IMG/VR virus record: IMGVR_UViG_3300038334_000143
Span: 1-50,725 of that record
DNA length: 50,725 bases
Strand: one strand, 5' to 3'
DNA from: a virus
Taxonomy: Duplodnaviria > Caudoviricetes
Position numbers and translations under genes: made by a program. This document shows positions 29,512 to 39,075 of this stretch, in pieces (positions within the stretch are counted from its first letter, which is position 1; every line of letters starts with the position of its first letter). Under the pieces are notes generated by a model. It did no database searches. It had not been told where the DNA came from and saw only the letters and a program-made list of their open reading frames with translations.

Positions 29512-29792
29512 GGGAGGGGGCCTTGAATCTTGATTGCATCATGTCAGAGTGCTTCTGTAGTTGGGTGATTGAGCGGAATATCCGTGGCGAGAAAGTATAT
29601 TTGTGTAACGCTGGATACGATAGAGATGATCGCGGTCCGGATACATGCAAGTCGTATTCCAGGAGATATGAGTGTGCCGGCGGGTTGGTTTTCAGGGAAG
29701 GGGAATACACAAAAGAATATTGTCAGGAGTGCACAGATTTATGTGCCTCTACAGCCTGCCCGGTAGCTGAGAAGAGGAGAAGCAAGAAGTGA
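29508..29792 (+). CDS. Cys-rich hypothetical protein
   Basis: Coupled ORF, many Cys. Confidence 0.55.
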   Translation: MREGALNLDCIMSECFCSWVIERNIRGEKVYLCNAGYDRDDRGPDTCKSYSRRYECAGGLVFREGEYTKEYCQECTDLCASTACPVAEKRRSKK

Positions 29793-31222
29793 ATCATCAA
29801 TTTAATAATAACTATGTGACATTCGGCGATCTGTTCGCTGGAGGTGGAGGCGTCACCACAGGAGCATTATCTGTTCCAGGTATCCGCGTATTATGGGCGT
29901 TGAACCATGATGAGATATCAATCAAGACACACGAAAAGAATCATCCAGAGACAATACATTATCAGGCTGATATCAGACAGCAGAATGAGAAAGAACTGGA
30001 CCCGGTAGATATTTTATGGGCGAGTCTGGAATGCACAAATTATTCCAATGCCAAGGGTGGACAACCCAGAGATGCCGACAGTCGCACGCTGGCCTGGGAA
30101 TTGCCCCGCTATATCAAGCATTGCCGCCCGTCGGTCATCATCATTGAAAATGTGCGGGAGTTCCTCGCCTGGGGCCCACTCAATGAAAAAGGAAAACCGG
30201 TGAGCAGACAAAAGGGCGAGGATTTTTCCCGATGGATAAAGGCTGTCAAGGAGTTGGGATATATAAATGTGGACTGGAGAATATTGAATGCTGCAGACTT
30301 CGGGTGTCATACCAGGCGGGAACGGTTATTTATTATATTCACGCGGGATGTACCGATCAACTGGAAAGAGGCGACTCATCATCCAGAGGGGAATAATCTT
30401 TTCGGTCTTCAGAAATGGCGGCCGGTGAAAGAGTGCATCGATCTGGATAACCATGGCCGATCTATATTCGGGAGAAAGAAGCCCTTGTCAGAAAATACAC
30501 TGCGACGGATAGCCGGGGGAATAAAAAGGTTTTATCCCGATATGTGCTTTTTGATGAAATACTATAATTCATCATGCAACCCTGAATCTCAGAATCAAAG
30601 CGTCAATGAGCCCTGCCATTCGGTGACAACAAAAGACCGGTTTGCCTTGGTGAATATTGAGAAGAAACATTTTATGATGAAGTATTATAGCGGAGGGGAT
30701 CATGTTTTTGAAGTTAATGGACCATTGCATACTATAACCACTATAGATCATCATGCTTTAATCTCTGTGGAGAAGAAACAATTTATAACAGATCATATCT
30801 GGGGTGGAAGGACTCAGGGAACCTGTGAACCACTCAAAACGCAGATGACCAGACAAACTAAACAGCTCATTACATGTGAGAAATTCCAGTTTATCTCTGC
30901 ATATTTTAACAGCTCGGGGCGGCCTGAGACACAGAATCAGAGTCTGGATAAACCACTCAATACAATCATGACAGCGAATAAATACGCACTGGTATCCGGC
31001 TTTGATTTTGATATAAAAATGAGATTTCTCACGCCTGATGAATTGGCAAAGATTACCGGGTTTCCGGAGGGATATTTTGATCATGCTGGTCTGAATATAT
31101 CCAAAAAATACCAGGTCAAAATGATAGGCAATGCGGTACCAGTAAATCTTGCTGCGGCAGTAATTGAACCAATGGCAATTATTCTCGAAAATATAAAGTT
31201 TCCCATGGTAGCAAACATTTAA
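29789..31222 (+). CDS. C5 cytosine DNA methyltransferase
   Basis: DLFAGGGG (motif I), SLEC (IV variant), IENV (VI), RRERLF (VIII), IGNAV (X). Confidence 0.95.
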   Translation: MNHQFNNNYVTFGDLFAGGGGVTTGALSVPGIRVLWALNHDEISIKTHEKNHPETIHYQADIRQQNEKELDPVDILWASLECTNYSNAKGGQPRDADSRTLAWELPRYIKHCRPSVIIIENVREFLAWGPLNEKGKPVSRQKGEDFSRWIKAVKELGYINVDWRILNAADFGCHTRRERLFIIFTRDVPINWKEATHHPEGNNLFGLQKWRPVKECIDLDNHGRSIFGRKKPLSENTLRRIAGGIKRFYPDMCFLMKYYNSSCNPESQNQSVNEPCHSVTTKDRFALVNIEKKHFMMKYYSGGDHVFEVNGPLHTITTIDHHALISVEKKQFITDHIWGGRTQGTCEPLKTQMTRQTKQLITCEKFQFISAYFNSSGRPETQNQSLDKPLNTIMTANKYALVSGFDFDIKMRFLTPDELAKITGFPEGYFDHAGLNISKKYQVKMIGNAVPVNLAAAVIEPMAIILENIKFPMVANI

Positions 31223-33738
31223 TGACACCCGACATTTTTAACGAAGCGCGCCGCCGCGTATCCCGCTCACTCATTGAGCAGTATTTCGCCGCGCCTGGTG
31301 CGCACTGGGACGGGTCCGAGTATTGGACGCTAAATCCCACACGCCGCGACAAGAAAGTCGGGTCGTTTCATATATCCGCCGAAGGGCAGTATTTCGACCA
31401 CGCTACTAAAGACGGAGGAGACATAATTGACCTATTGGTTGCCATCCACGGAGTCACAAAAAAAGAGGCGGCTGAAAAGATCATCAGCGATACCGGCGGC
31501 ACTACACCCTCCCAGGAGAAGCGGCAAAAGATCGAGCGGGAACAGCAGGCGGACCGTAAGGGCGTCAAAAAAGAAAAGCCACCGGCACAAATACCGATCC
31601 CGGAGGCCGAACGCGAGAGCCTTGTCCGTACCCTGGAAAACGACTTTTTCAGGGAGAAGTACGGGGAATTCACCGCCGGATATACATACAAGACTATGGC
31701 GGGCGACTGGGCATTTGTGGGGGCGCGTTTCGAGCGGAAACAGGTTGATGCAGAAGGCCGGGAATACATCGAAAAAAACGTGGTGCCGTTCTATTTCACA
31801 ACAACGGGAAAATGGAAAAACGCTCTGCCTCCGCTACCTGGGAAATTGCCGTTGTACAAGATAGACGAGTTCGGGGCGATGAAGAAAAAAACCGGGGCGC
31901 GCTTCCTCATCGTCGAGGGCGAGAAATGCGCACAGGTGATGGTCCCCGGCTGGATCGTCGTCTCGTGGGTCGGCGGCACGAATAAGGTTCATCTATCCGA
32001 CTTTTCACCCCTGGCTGATTACCCGGTAGCGATATGGCCGGATCATGACACACAAATAGACAAAGAGACGGGCCTGCCTCTCCCTGACGTAGAGCAGCCA
32101 GGAATAAAGGCCGCACTCTCAATCCGGGAAGCTCTGCCACACGCTCAGATTATGGATGTGCGGGACCGCCCGGGGGACGGCTGGGACATCGCCGACGCTG
32201 CCGAGAGCATGTCGCCGGAGGAGTTGGCCGCGTATGTAGAGACCTGCCCGCGACTATTCGAGGAAATGCCCTGGGAGCCATACGACGCATTCCGGCAGTT
32301 CGTCGCGGATCGCTACGAGGACCGAAACCTCGAACACATAGACGGTCTGTTTTGGGAGTACAAGGCGGACGCGCATTGCTGGCGCGAGGTGATGCAGACT
32401 AATATTAAGACAGATATTCTGTGGTGGATGGAACAGAAAAAGATTGTGAAATTCCTCCAGAACAACGCCAAGGCGGTGCATACATTCCTGAAAAATACCG
32501 CGTCTCACCTCGAATTTTATTCCACCGGTTATTCGGGGAGAAATCCGTTCAAGGAATCGGCCATCATGCCATATATCCATTTTATGAACGGGGCTGTTGA
32601 GATCAAAAAAACCGGTGTGAAATTCCATGAACGTGCCCAGGACAATGAAGATTTTTTCCGGCGATTATACCCGGTGCATTGTCTTGATTTTGATTTTCAT
32701 CCCGAGGCCTACGAAGGTGCCCCACTGTCGGAAACGGCACCGGCATTCCATTTTTATCTGCGGGAACTCATCCCGCCCGAGGACCGGAGGCGGTCGGACT
32801 ACGAGGAGCAATTGCAACTCACCATTGATTTTTTCAGCCAGATAATTGCTTACGCTATCAACCCGATAAAAAAAGAGCCGTACTTTTTCGCATTGTATGG
32901 AGCACAGAGGGCCGGGAAATCGTTTTTTATTGATATCCTCGAACAGCTCATAGGGCAGCAGTTTTTCGTGAAGCGACCGACCTCGGATATGATCGGCAAT
33001 CGCTTTGCAACGTCTGATTTGTGGGGTGCAAAAGTGTTCGTGGACGATGACGTGGAGAGCAACCTGAAGCTGCCAGACGCGTTTATAAAAAACAACTCAG
33101 GGAATAAAGGGATCACGGTCGAGCGCAAGCACATGACGCCGGTGCATGGAGTAAAAATATCCGTGGCGATGTTTTTTCTATCCAATCACAATTTTAAAAT
33201 ATCTGGCGGTGCTGAAGGACTTGCCCGGCGATTTGTATATGTGCCATTTGATCGGGAAATCAAAAACCCGGACGTGTATCTGCTGGACAAAATTTGCGGG
33301 AAAGAGCCGAAAGACTTTGAGAGCGGCGACGCGGTGGGGCAAACCTTCGATGAGCGCCCGGCTATTATCGGCATGGCCCTGAGAGGATGGGAACTTTTCA
33401 GGAAAAATAATTATCGATTTGTAATGCCGGACTGGATCAAGCGAGAGCGTGACAAGTGGCTCATGGAGTCGTCGAGCGTGTCGCAGTGGTTTTATGAGGA
33501 ATTCCTCGATAGCTACAAAAGCGACCGGATCAGCAGAAAGGAATTTTATGATCAATATAAATCATGGTGTGACGAAGAAGGCCGCAAGGCCATGGGGAAA
33601 ATCAAGTTTTTTGAGGAAGCCAGGCGGACACGACGAATCAAGGAGATTAAGGGGAATATGGACCGGTACGTGGAGATATTGTCAGACATTGACGATACTC
33701 CGAGCGACGAAAAATTGCAGGAAGAAATACCGTTTTAA
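31222..33738 (+). CDS. Primase-helicase (TOPRIM plus SF3/D5/P4-type helicase)
   Basis: IVEGEK and IWPDHD TOPRIM motifs; GAQRAGKS Walker A; FLSNH; ARRF. Confidence 0.9.
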   Translation: MTPDIFNEARRRVSRSLIEQYFAAPGAHWDGSEYWTLNPTRRDKKVGSFHISAEGQYFDHATKDGGDIIDLLVAIHGVTKKEAAEKIISDTGGTTPSQEKRQKIEREQQADRKGVKKEKPPAQIPIPEAERESLVRTLENDFFREKYGEFTAGYTYKTMAGDWAFVGARFERKQVDAEGREYIEKNVVPFYFTTTGKWKNALPPLPGKLPLYKIDEFGAMKKKTGARFLIVEGEKCAQVMVPGWIVVSWVGGTNKVHLSDFSPLADYPVAIWPDHDTQIDKETGLPLPDVEQPGIKAALSIREALPHAQIMDVRDRPGDGWDIADAAESMSPEELAAYVETCPRLFEEMPWEPYDAFRQFVADRYEDRNLEHIDGLFWEYKADAHCWREVMQTNIKTDILWWMEQKKIVKFLQNNAKAVHTFLKNTASHLEFYSTGYSGRNPFKESAIMPYIHFMNGAVEIKKTGVKFHERAQDNEDFFRRLYPVHCLDFDFHPEAYEGAPLSETAPAFHFYLRELIPPEDRRRSDYEEQLQLTIDFFSQIIAYAINPIKKEPYFFALYGAQRAGKSFFIDILEQLIGQQFFVKRPTSDMIGNRFATSDLWGAKVFVDDDVESNLKLPDAFIKNNSGNKGITVERKHMTPVHGVKISVAMFFLSNHNFKISGGAEGLARRFVYVPFDREIKNPDVYLLDKICGKEPKDFESGDAVGQTFDERPAIIGMALRGWELFRKNNYRFVMPDWIKRERDKWLMESSSVSQWFYEEFLDSYKSDRISRKEFYDQYKSWCDEEGRKAMGKIKFFEEARRTRRIKEIKGNMDRYVEILSDIDDTPSDEKLQEEIPF

Positions 33739-33768
33739 TAATGAGCGGAAATGTAACAGGAGGAAGAC

Positions 33769-34008
33769 ATGAAACAGATTGTACGAAAAAGACCGTGGCG
33801 ACTCGGTGAAGGTGATGAACTATTCGATCGCAAGACAGGACAGTGGTATCCAGTAAAAGGCTCGTCGATATCTTCGCGGCACACAGGAGCCACTCAATCA
33901 ATTGACTGGATATATATTGATGGCGCGGCTTACGGGTATAAGGCGCTATGTATACGTTTTGACAGAGATCATCGGGGGCTCGTGGTGCGGGTAGATGCGA
34001 AAGAGTAA
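33769..34008 (+). CDS. Hypothetical protein
   Basis: GGAGG RBS. Confidence 0.65.
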   Translation: MKQIVRKRPWRLGEGDELFDRKTGQWYPVKGSSISSRHTGATQSIDWIYIDGAAYGYKALCIRFDRDHRGLVVRVDAKE

Positions 34009-34036
34009 AAAAATTTAATTTTTTGAAAAAAAATGC

Positions 34037-34112
34037 TTGACATGTACGTACAAATGACGTACATTCATAATATAACAAATTAACAACCGGCGGGTTTAAA
34101 ACGCAGGAGGCT
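34037..34112 (+). promoter_or_regulatory. Promoter with TGTACGTACA operator (copy 1)
   Basis: TTGACA-N17-TACATT, A-tract UP element, palindrome 34043-34052, leader GGCGGGTTTAAAACGCAGGAG. Confidence 0.75.
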
Positions 34113-34115
34113 TAC

Positions 34116-34376
34116 ATGAAACACCCTCAATACAAATCACCCAAAGGCCAAGTTTACACATGCGTAGCATGGGCCATCGACTTCGGTCGTACCAACTGGG
34201 AATGGTACGGATTCGAGAAAGAAGATGGAAACATCTATTTCGGGTTCGTCCATGGTTTTGAGGATGAGTTCGGTTACTTTTCAGCCGACGAGCTGAGAGA
34301 GAACGGGATCAAGTTAATCACTGATCCCAGGGAGCTGAATCAAATAGCTCCTCCGATCGGGTGGGACTTTGCCTGA
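34116..34376 (+). CDS. DUF2958-like protein
   Basis: WEWY...YFGFVHGFEDEFGYFSADEL. Confidence 0.75.
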   Translation: MKHPQYKSPKGQVYTCVAWAIDFGRTNWEWYGFEKEDGNIYFGFVHGFEDEFGYFSADELRENGIKLITDPRELNQIAPPIGWDFA

Positions 34377-34382
34377 GAAAAA

Positions 34383-34402
34383 GGGGGGCCGCAAGGCCCC
34401 CC
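34383..34402. terminator. GC hairpin (possible terminator or processing site)
   Basis: GGGGGGCC-GCAA-GGCCCCCC preceded by an A-run. Confidence 0.5.
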
Positions 34403-34435
34403 ACTCAGAAAAAATATAATAAGGGGGATCGGGTT

Positions 34436-34657
34436 ATGAAAATGAAATATGATTACTACACGCAAACAGACGGTTTTCCGGAAGCAAAAATTACTCTTTC
34501 GCAAGCACTCAATATTGCAAAGCGTTTTGGGATGAAAAAAGAAGAAGCGAAAGAGCTTTTACAAGACCCCAGCGAGGGAGACATTGAATTTAAAACTATA
34601 TGTAATGGTTTCGAGCGGTCAATTTCAATATGGGCCGAGGAAGCGATGAATTATTGA
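34436..34657 (+). CDS. Hypothetical protein
   Basis: GGGGGA RBS. Confidence 0.6.
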   Translation: MKMKYDYYTQTDGFPEAKITLSQALNIAKRFGMKKEEAKELLQDPSEGDIEFKTICNGFERSISIWAEEAMNY

Positions 34658-34710
34658 TCACCATCAGCCGCCCGCCGGAATATCCGGCGGGCTTATCTCG
34701 GGAGAACATA

Positions 34711-35502
34711 ATGGAACTTGTAAAACGACACACTGTAAGCGATATATTCCAAATCAAAGTCGAGCTGCTGCGACAGATCGGAGACCTGCAAAAACTCAAT
34801 AACGCCATAGACGAGGGGTATAAAAAGCTGGATGGATATTCCCCGTTGAGGCTCGAAAATCGCTTCGACAACTATGATAAGAATCGAGAGGAAAAGCACG
34901 TTGACCGGACCTGCTGGCTGTATCTGATCAAACTTTTCGAGCTGCAAAAATACATGCTTTGTACGGACTACGAGAAAATGATGGAGGATATCGACCGGTT
35001 TAACTTCCCAGTGTTCACGGTTGAAAACGCCGAGGGATATCTGGGCAGCCTGAAAGACATCATTTACAATAATGTCCGCGAAATGATGCGGTCAGTATTC
35101 GAGCGGATCACCGACAGTCATTATTATACTGGCAACGGGTTCAGGGGCCGGGCTGAAAAGAAGCGGAATAATAACGGGATCGACAAGCATTTCATTATAA
35201 CGACTTACGATTATTCCCGTGTATTTGAGTACTGGAGAAGGGGGCCGTCCATTACAGACGATCTTGAAAAACTATGTTACATTCTTAACGGGGAGACGCT
35301 GCCAAAAGAAACAATCATGCAGCAGTTTAACCGATTCGAGCCGGACACGACGGCCGAGAATAAGTATTTTAAAATTAAGATTTGCAAAAATGGAAACACT
35401 CACTACTGGATCAAAGAGTCAACCAGGAAAAAATTAAATCTTTATGGCGCGGACCCTTCCAGTATAGGCGAGGGGATGAAAATAAAAGTTTTCCAGAATT
35501 GA
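34711..35502 (+). CDS. DUF4942-like protein lacking a methyltransferase domain
   Basis: VDRTCWLYL, FPVFTVEN, DDLEKL, NKYFKIKICKNGNTH pattern. Confidence 0.7.
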   Translation: MELVKRHTVSDIFQIKVELLRQIGDLQKLNNAIDEGYKKLDGYSPLRLENRFDNYDKNREEKHVDRTCWLYLIKLFELQKYMLCTDYEKMMEDIDRFNFPVFTVENAEGYLGSLKDIIYNNVREMMRSVFERITDSHYYTGNGFRGRAEKKRNNNGIDKHFIITTYDYSRVFEYWRRGPSITDDLEKLCYILNGETLPKETIMQQFNRFEPDTTAENKYFKIKICKNGNTHYWIKESTRKKLNLYGADPSSIGEGMKIKVFQN

Positions 35503-35531
35503 TATTTTTTTAAATTTCAGAAAAAAAGTTG

Positions 35532-35602
35532 TTGACAAGTGCGCCATTTGTACGTACATTATAAACATAAGATAACGAACGGCGGTTCTAAAACGCAGGA
35601 GA
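35532..35602 (+). promoter_or_regulatory. Promoter with TGTACGTACA operator (copy 2)
   Basis: TTGACA-N17-TACATT, palindrome 35549-35558, leader GGCGGTTCTAAAACGCAGGAG. Confidence 0.75.
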
Positions 35603-35607
35603 AAAGC

Positions 35608-36048
35608 ATGAAACAGTTCAAAATCATCCGCGAAGTTACTCTCAAATACAAGACAGGAGAAAGAGTCCGTGAATACAAAATGGGCTCTCCTGAAGCGGTC
35701 TTCAATTTTCTGAAAGATAAAATTGGCGACGAAGCTCAAGAAAACATGGTTGCCCTTTATATTAACAACAAAAATGAGCTTCAAAGCTGGGCGCTTGTAT
35801 CTCGCGGAACGATATCTGAAACAATCGTTCATCCGAGAGAAGTCTTTAAATGTGCCCTTCTCTCTAATGCCAGCGCCGTGATCATGGTCCACAATCACCC
35901 ATCAGGGCACCTGAAACCCAGCATGGAAGATATTAACGCTACAAAGAGGATCAACGAAGCCGGGATGCTTCTTGGAATTCCGCTTCTCGATCATATAATC
36001 ATCAGCAGCGAGGGCTTTTACTCGATGAGACAAGAAGCCTTTCTGTAG
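35608..36048 (+). CDS. RadC-like JAB-domain protein (JAB only)
   Basis: VHPREVF, HNHPSG..PS.ED, LLDHII. Confidence 0.93.
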   Translation: MKQFKIIREVTLKYKTGERVREYKMGSPEAVFNFLKDKIGDEAQENMVALYINNKNELQSWALVSRGTISETIVHPREVFKCALLSNASAVIMVHNHPSGHLKPSMEDINATKRINEAGMLLGIPLLDHIIISSEGFYSMRQEAFL

Positions 36049-36099
36049 AACACCGGCCCCCGCTCCGGCGGGGGCTTAAACCCAAAAAAGGAGGAGGCC

Positions 36100-36411
36100 A
36101 TGAATAAAATACGAGATACCAAAGACAATGAGATAATCAACAGCATAAAACGCCTTGACCGGATCGGAGCAGAGGACAGCAAGGCGATACAGAAAATTAA
36201 AGACGCAGCTCTGAACGTTGCGCGGTACGTGGTGGCAAATAGGCTGCTGGATCGGTTGCCAGGCTTCACAATCTACGGGGACACGCTGATCGATCCCCAC
36301 GGGAAACCGATCGGGCGCGATATGACCAGGGAGACGGCACTCGATTTTTCCAGGGTGATCCACCAGGTGAAACTATTACCAGGAGGAGACCATGGCGAAG
36401 ACGAAGAATGA
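36100..36411 (+). CDS. Hypothetical protein
   Basis: GGAGGAGG RBS. Confidence 0.7.
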   Translation: MNKIRDTKDNEIINSIKRLDRIGAEDSKAIQKIKDAALNVARYVVANRLLDRLPGFTIYGDTLIDPHGKPIGRDMTRETALDFSRVIHQVKLLPGGDHGEDEE

Positions 36412-36586
36412 AACCAATAAAAGCGACAGCAGAAAAGAAGGCCGATTATATCTGCGGTGCTCCGAGGAGATGAAGGCCAGGCTCCAGGAGATCGCCGACA
36501 GCGAAAACCGGAGCCTGACGAACTATATCGAGACGGTGCTGAAAGACAAGATTGTCAGGTATGAGGCTGAGAAGAAAAAGAAATAA
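36392..36586 (+). CDS. Arc-like ribbon-helix-helix regulator
   Basis: RLYLRCSEEMKARLQEIADSENRSLTNYI. Confidence 0.85.
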   Translation: MAKTKNETNKSDSRKEGRLYLRCSEEMKARLQEIADSENRSLTNYIETVLKDKIVRYEAEKKKK

Positions 36587-36651
36587 TGATCTTGACATTT
36601 TAAAAGTGCATGCTCTTTATTTAATAAATAAATCAAGAGGAGAAAACTAAA

Positions 36652-37038
36652 ATGCTCAATTTAATCAGATTTATAAAAGACAATAAAGAAGACTACGAAA
36701 AGCTCAAAAATATTGAAAGTGAAAAACGAGCCATTGCGAATAGATTTATTAACAAGGCCCTCGAATGGTTGAAACCATTAGAACAGCAAGGGCTTATAAG
36801 TATATCAGTCAAGAATGAAAAATGCAAACACGATCTCGATTTAATTGATTTTGGCGTTAAGGCATTGGGAAAAACTATCTGGATAAGACAGATTACATCT
36901 CCAGAAGTTTTCGAAATAAGAATCGGTCAAACATCAATTTTTTATAAAGATGGTATATGGATACACCCGGAAAGGGGGGCACATGAAGTCAACGAAGATG
37001 TTTTTGATGAAATTTTAGTAGATGAGCTAATGAATTAA
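36652..37038 (+). CDS. AT-rich hypothetical (moron-like) protein
   Basis: Own TTGACA at ~36592 and GAGGAG RBS. Confidence 0.7.
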   Translation: MLNLIRFIKDNKEDYEKLKNIESEKRAIANRFINKALEWLKPLEQQGLISISVKNEKCKHDLDLIDFGVKALGKTIWIRQITSPEVFEIRIGQTSIFYKDGIWIHPERGAHEVNEDVFDEILVDELMN

Positions 37039-37058
37039 ATTTGTCAAATAATCAAGCC

Positions 37059-37379
37059 CTATTTCCTCCACCCTCTCAAAATCTCCATGACGCCCCGGCG
37101 GACCCCCTCCGGGGCCTTGCTATATAATCGCAGTAGCTCCTGTTCTTCCTGGGAGAGATGCGCCTGCCCGAACAGATCGGTGAGATCGAGACCGAGAGCA
37201 TCAAGGTATTGAATTATCCCGTCAAAGGGCGGTTGAGGTGAGCTTTCCCATATCGACACTGTCGCCTGGGTGACGCCTGTTTTACCAGCGACATCTTTCT
37301 GGTTCAATCCGGCCTGTTTTCTCAACTCCTGGAGGGCCTTTCCGTAATGAACATCTTTCCCGTTCTTTCTCGCTCCCAT
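37059..37379 (-). CDS. XRE-family HTH regulator
   Basis: LQELRKQAGLNQKDVAGKTGVTQATVSIWES; EQELLRLY C-terminal tail. Confidence 0.9.
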   Translation of the reverse strand: MGARKNGKDVHYGKALQELRKQAGLNQKDVAGKTGVTQATVSIWESSPQPPFDGIIQYLDALGLDLTDLFGQAHLSQEEQELLRLYSKAPEGVRRGVMEILRGWRK

Positions 37380-37522
37380 GCAAAAACCAATTGCATATAA
37401 CGTCGGACAGTCAACCATATAAAAATAAAAATATACCAATTAAATAAACATATTTAATAAACATGGGAAAATATAAAGAAAATTTATATGACAGCCCGAT
37501 GGGGCTGCAAGAGAATGACGGC

Positions 37523-38170
37523 ATGAGCACGGGCGGGAAAAATAAAGGGCGCAGACGGGGCGATGATGTATTCAATCTCACACAGGATCACCAGTTTTTT
37601 GAGATGGCGACAATTGTTATTCATCGAGATGGCGTTTTTCTGTGGGCGTCCAGGCAGGCAGAACTCATTCTCGGCGGGCCTGTAACTGGGCGGCACGTGC
37701 GGGATCATGTCGGAGAGGAATTTCACAGCCTCATGGACCTGGTCCTCGGGCGTATCCTGGCGACTGGACGATCCGGCCCAGAATCGACGATTCGCTATAT
37801 ATCATTATCCGGGGAATCGCTATACATCCACATGGCGTCGTACCCGGTAATCTGGCAAGGGGAGCCTGCAATACTATCAATCGGAACCGACAAATCGGAC
37901 ATTCAAGCGATGGCAGCATTTATCTTTGAGTTGCTGGCAGTGAAACTATCGCCGCGCGAGATGGAATTCATGATCCTGCGTGCGCGAAAATGGAGCTACG
38001 GGGATATCTCCCAGGAGTGGGGCGTCGACCGGTTGGCCGTGAAGAATTACAAGGGAATTATCAAGGGGAAATTAAAGACCGATGCCGAGGGATATGAGCA
38101 GACAATCGAGTTCGTCAGACTGCATCTATTCTATACGCGCGCGGAGATTCCGCCAGAACAACCATGCTAA
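37523..38170 (+). CDS. PAS-domain plus LuxR-type HTH transcription factor
   Basis: PAS pattern IVIHRDGVFLWASRQAELILG...SYPVIWQGEPAILSIGTD; HTH LSPREMEF...SYGDISQEWGVDRLAVKNYKGIIKGKL; start could be 37463. Confidence 0.8.
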   Translation: MSTGGKNKGRRRGDDVFNLTQDHQFFEMATIVIHRDGVFLWASRQAELILGGPVTGRHVRDHVGEEFHSLMDLVLGRILATGRSGPESTIRYISLSGESLYIHMASYPVIWQGEPAILSIGTDKSDIQAMAAFIFELLAVKLSPREMEFMILRARKWSYGDISQEWGVDRLAVKNYKGIIKGKLKTDAEGYEQTIEFVRLHLFYTRAEIPPEQPC

Positions 38171-38332
38171 ACATTTGTGTGTTCACATGAATCCGTGTGA
38201 CCTTTTTTTTCCGCCCGATCGGATTAATTTTTTGACAACGTAATACAATTATACAATATTGGTGCATGCGTTACAGTAGCGTGTAATGAGTCGGGAGGGC
38301 GATAAAATCCAATAAAGGGATAAAGGAGGATC

Positions 38333-38536
38333 ATGTTGAGAGCAGAACAGAAAAAGAATTCAATCAGGCAGCGCCCAGGGAGGGGGGCAGCCAGTAGAAC
38401 AGAGAAGGCGGCAAAGATCGTGAAGGCTGTTAAGGCCGTAAAAAAAGACGCCGAGAGAGAGAGGCGTCTTTCAAAAAAGAAACGGGGGCTAATGCTGCAA
38501 CTGGCTCAATCATTAGAAAAATTAAATCATAACTGA
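38333..38536 (+). CDS. Small basic protein (smORF)
   Basis: AAGGAGG RBS; TTGACA at ~38233; converges on cI. Confidence 0.7.
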   Translation: MLRAEQKKNSIRQRPGRGAASRTEKAAKIVKAVKAVKKDAERERRLSKKKRGLMLQLAQSLEKLNHN

Positions 38537-38877
38537 ATACCAAGAGTTCGATTCTTGTCGTAAAACGTCTCAATGGTCTGTATGAGCAATTCAAACAGGC
38601 CATTGTGTTTTTCGGGGAGTTTGTCAAATGCACGAGCCAGCCTTACAGCCTCTTCAGACATTTTCAAGTATTTTGCAATTTGTTCATCTGTAAATAAAAG
38701 ACGGATCGGTTCTACGCCTAAAGCCTCCGCAGCCATTTCGATAGTTTCAGTATTTAAATGATGCCGTCCTGTTATTTGAGAAATATTACTCTCGGACCTC
38801 TTCATTCGTTTGGCCATTTCTCCACGAGATACCCCATATTCCGACATGACCTCTGCAATTCGATCTCCGTAGTTCAT
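38527..38877 (-). CDS. CI-like XRE repressor (no peptidase domain)
   Basis: VSRGEMAKRMKRSESNISQI...AAEALGVEP; divergent from early operon across AT-rich 38880-39060. Confidence 0.8.
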   Translation of the reverse strand: MNYGDRIAEVMSEYGVSRGEMAKRMKRSESNISQITGRHHLNTETIEMAAEALGVEPIRLLFTDEQIAKYLKMSEEAVRLARAFDKLPEKHNGLFELLIQTIETFYDKNRTLGIQL

Positions 38878-39075
38878 TATCACCCCTCAATAAAATATTC
38901 ATTATGTAATATTTAAATACAAATAATATCAATATATCAATATTGTAATATATATCGGAAAGAAACAACTATATTTTTAACTTTTTTTAAAAATAATGTT
39001 GACAAAAGCAATAAAATAGCAACAATGTGACGTAATCAGTAACGAAATAAACACAATAAACCGGGAGGGGCCAAG

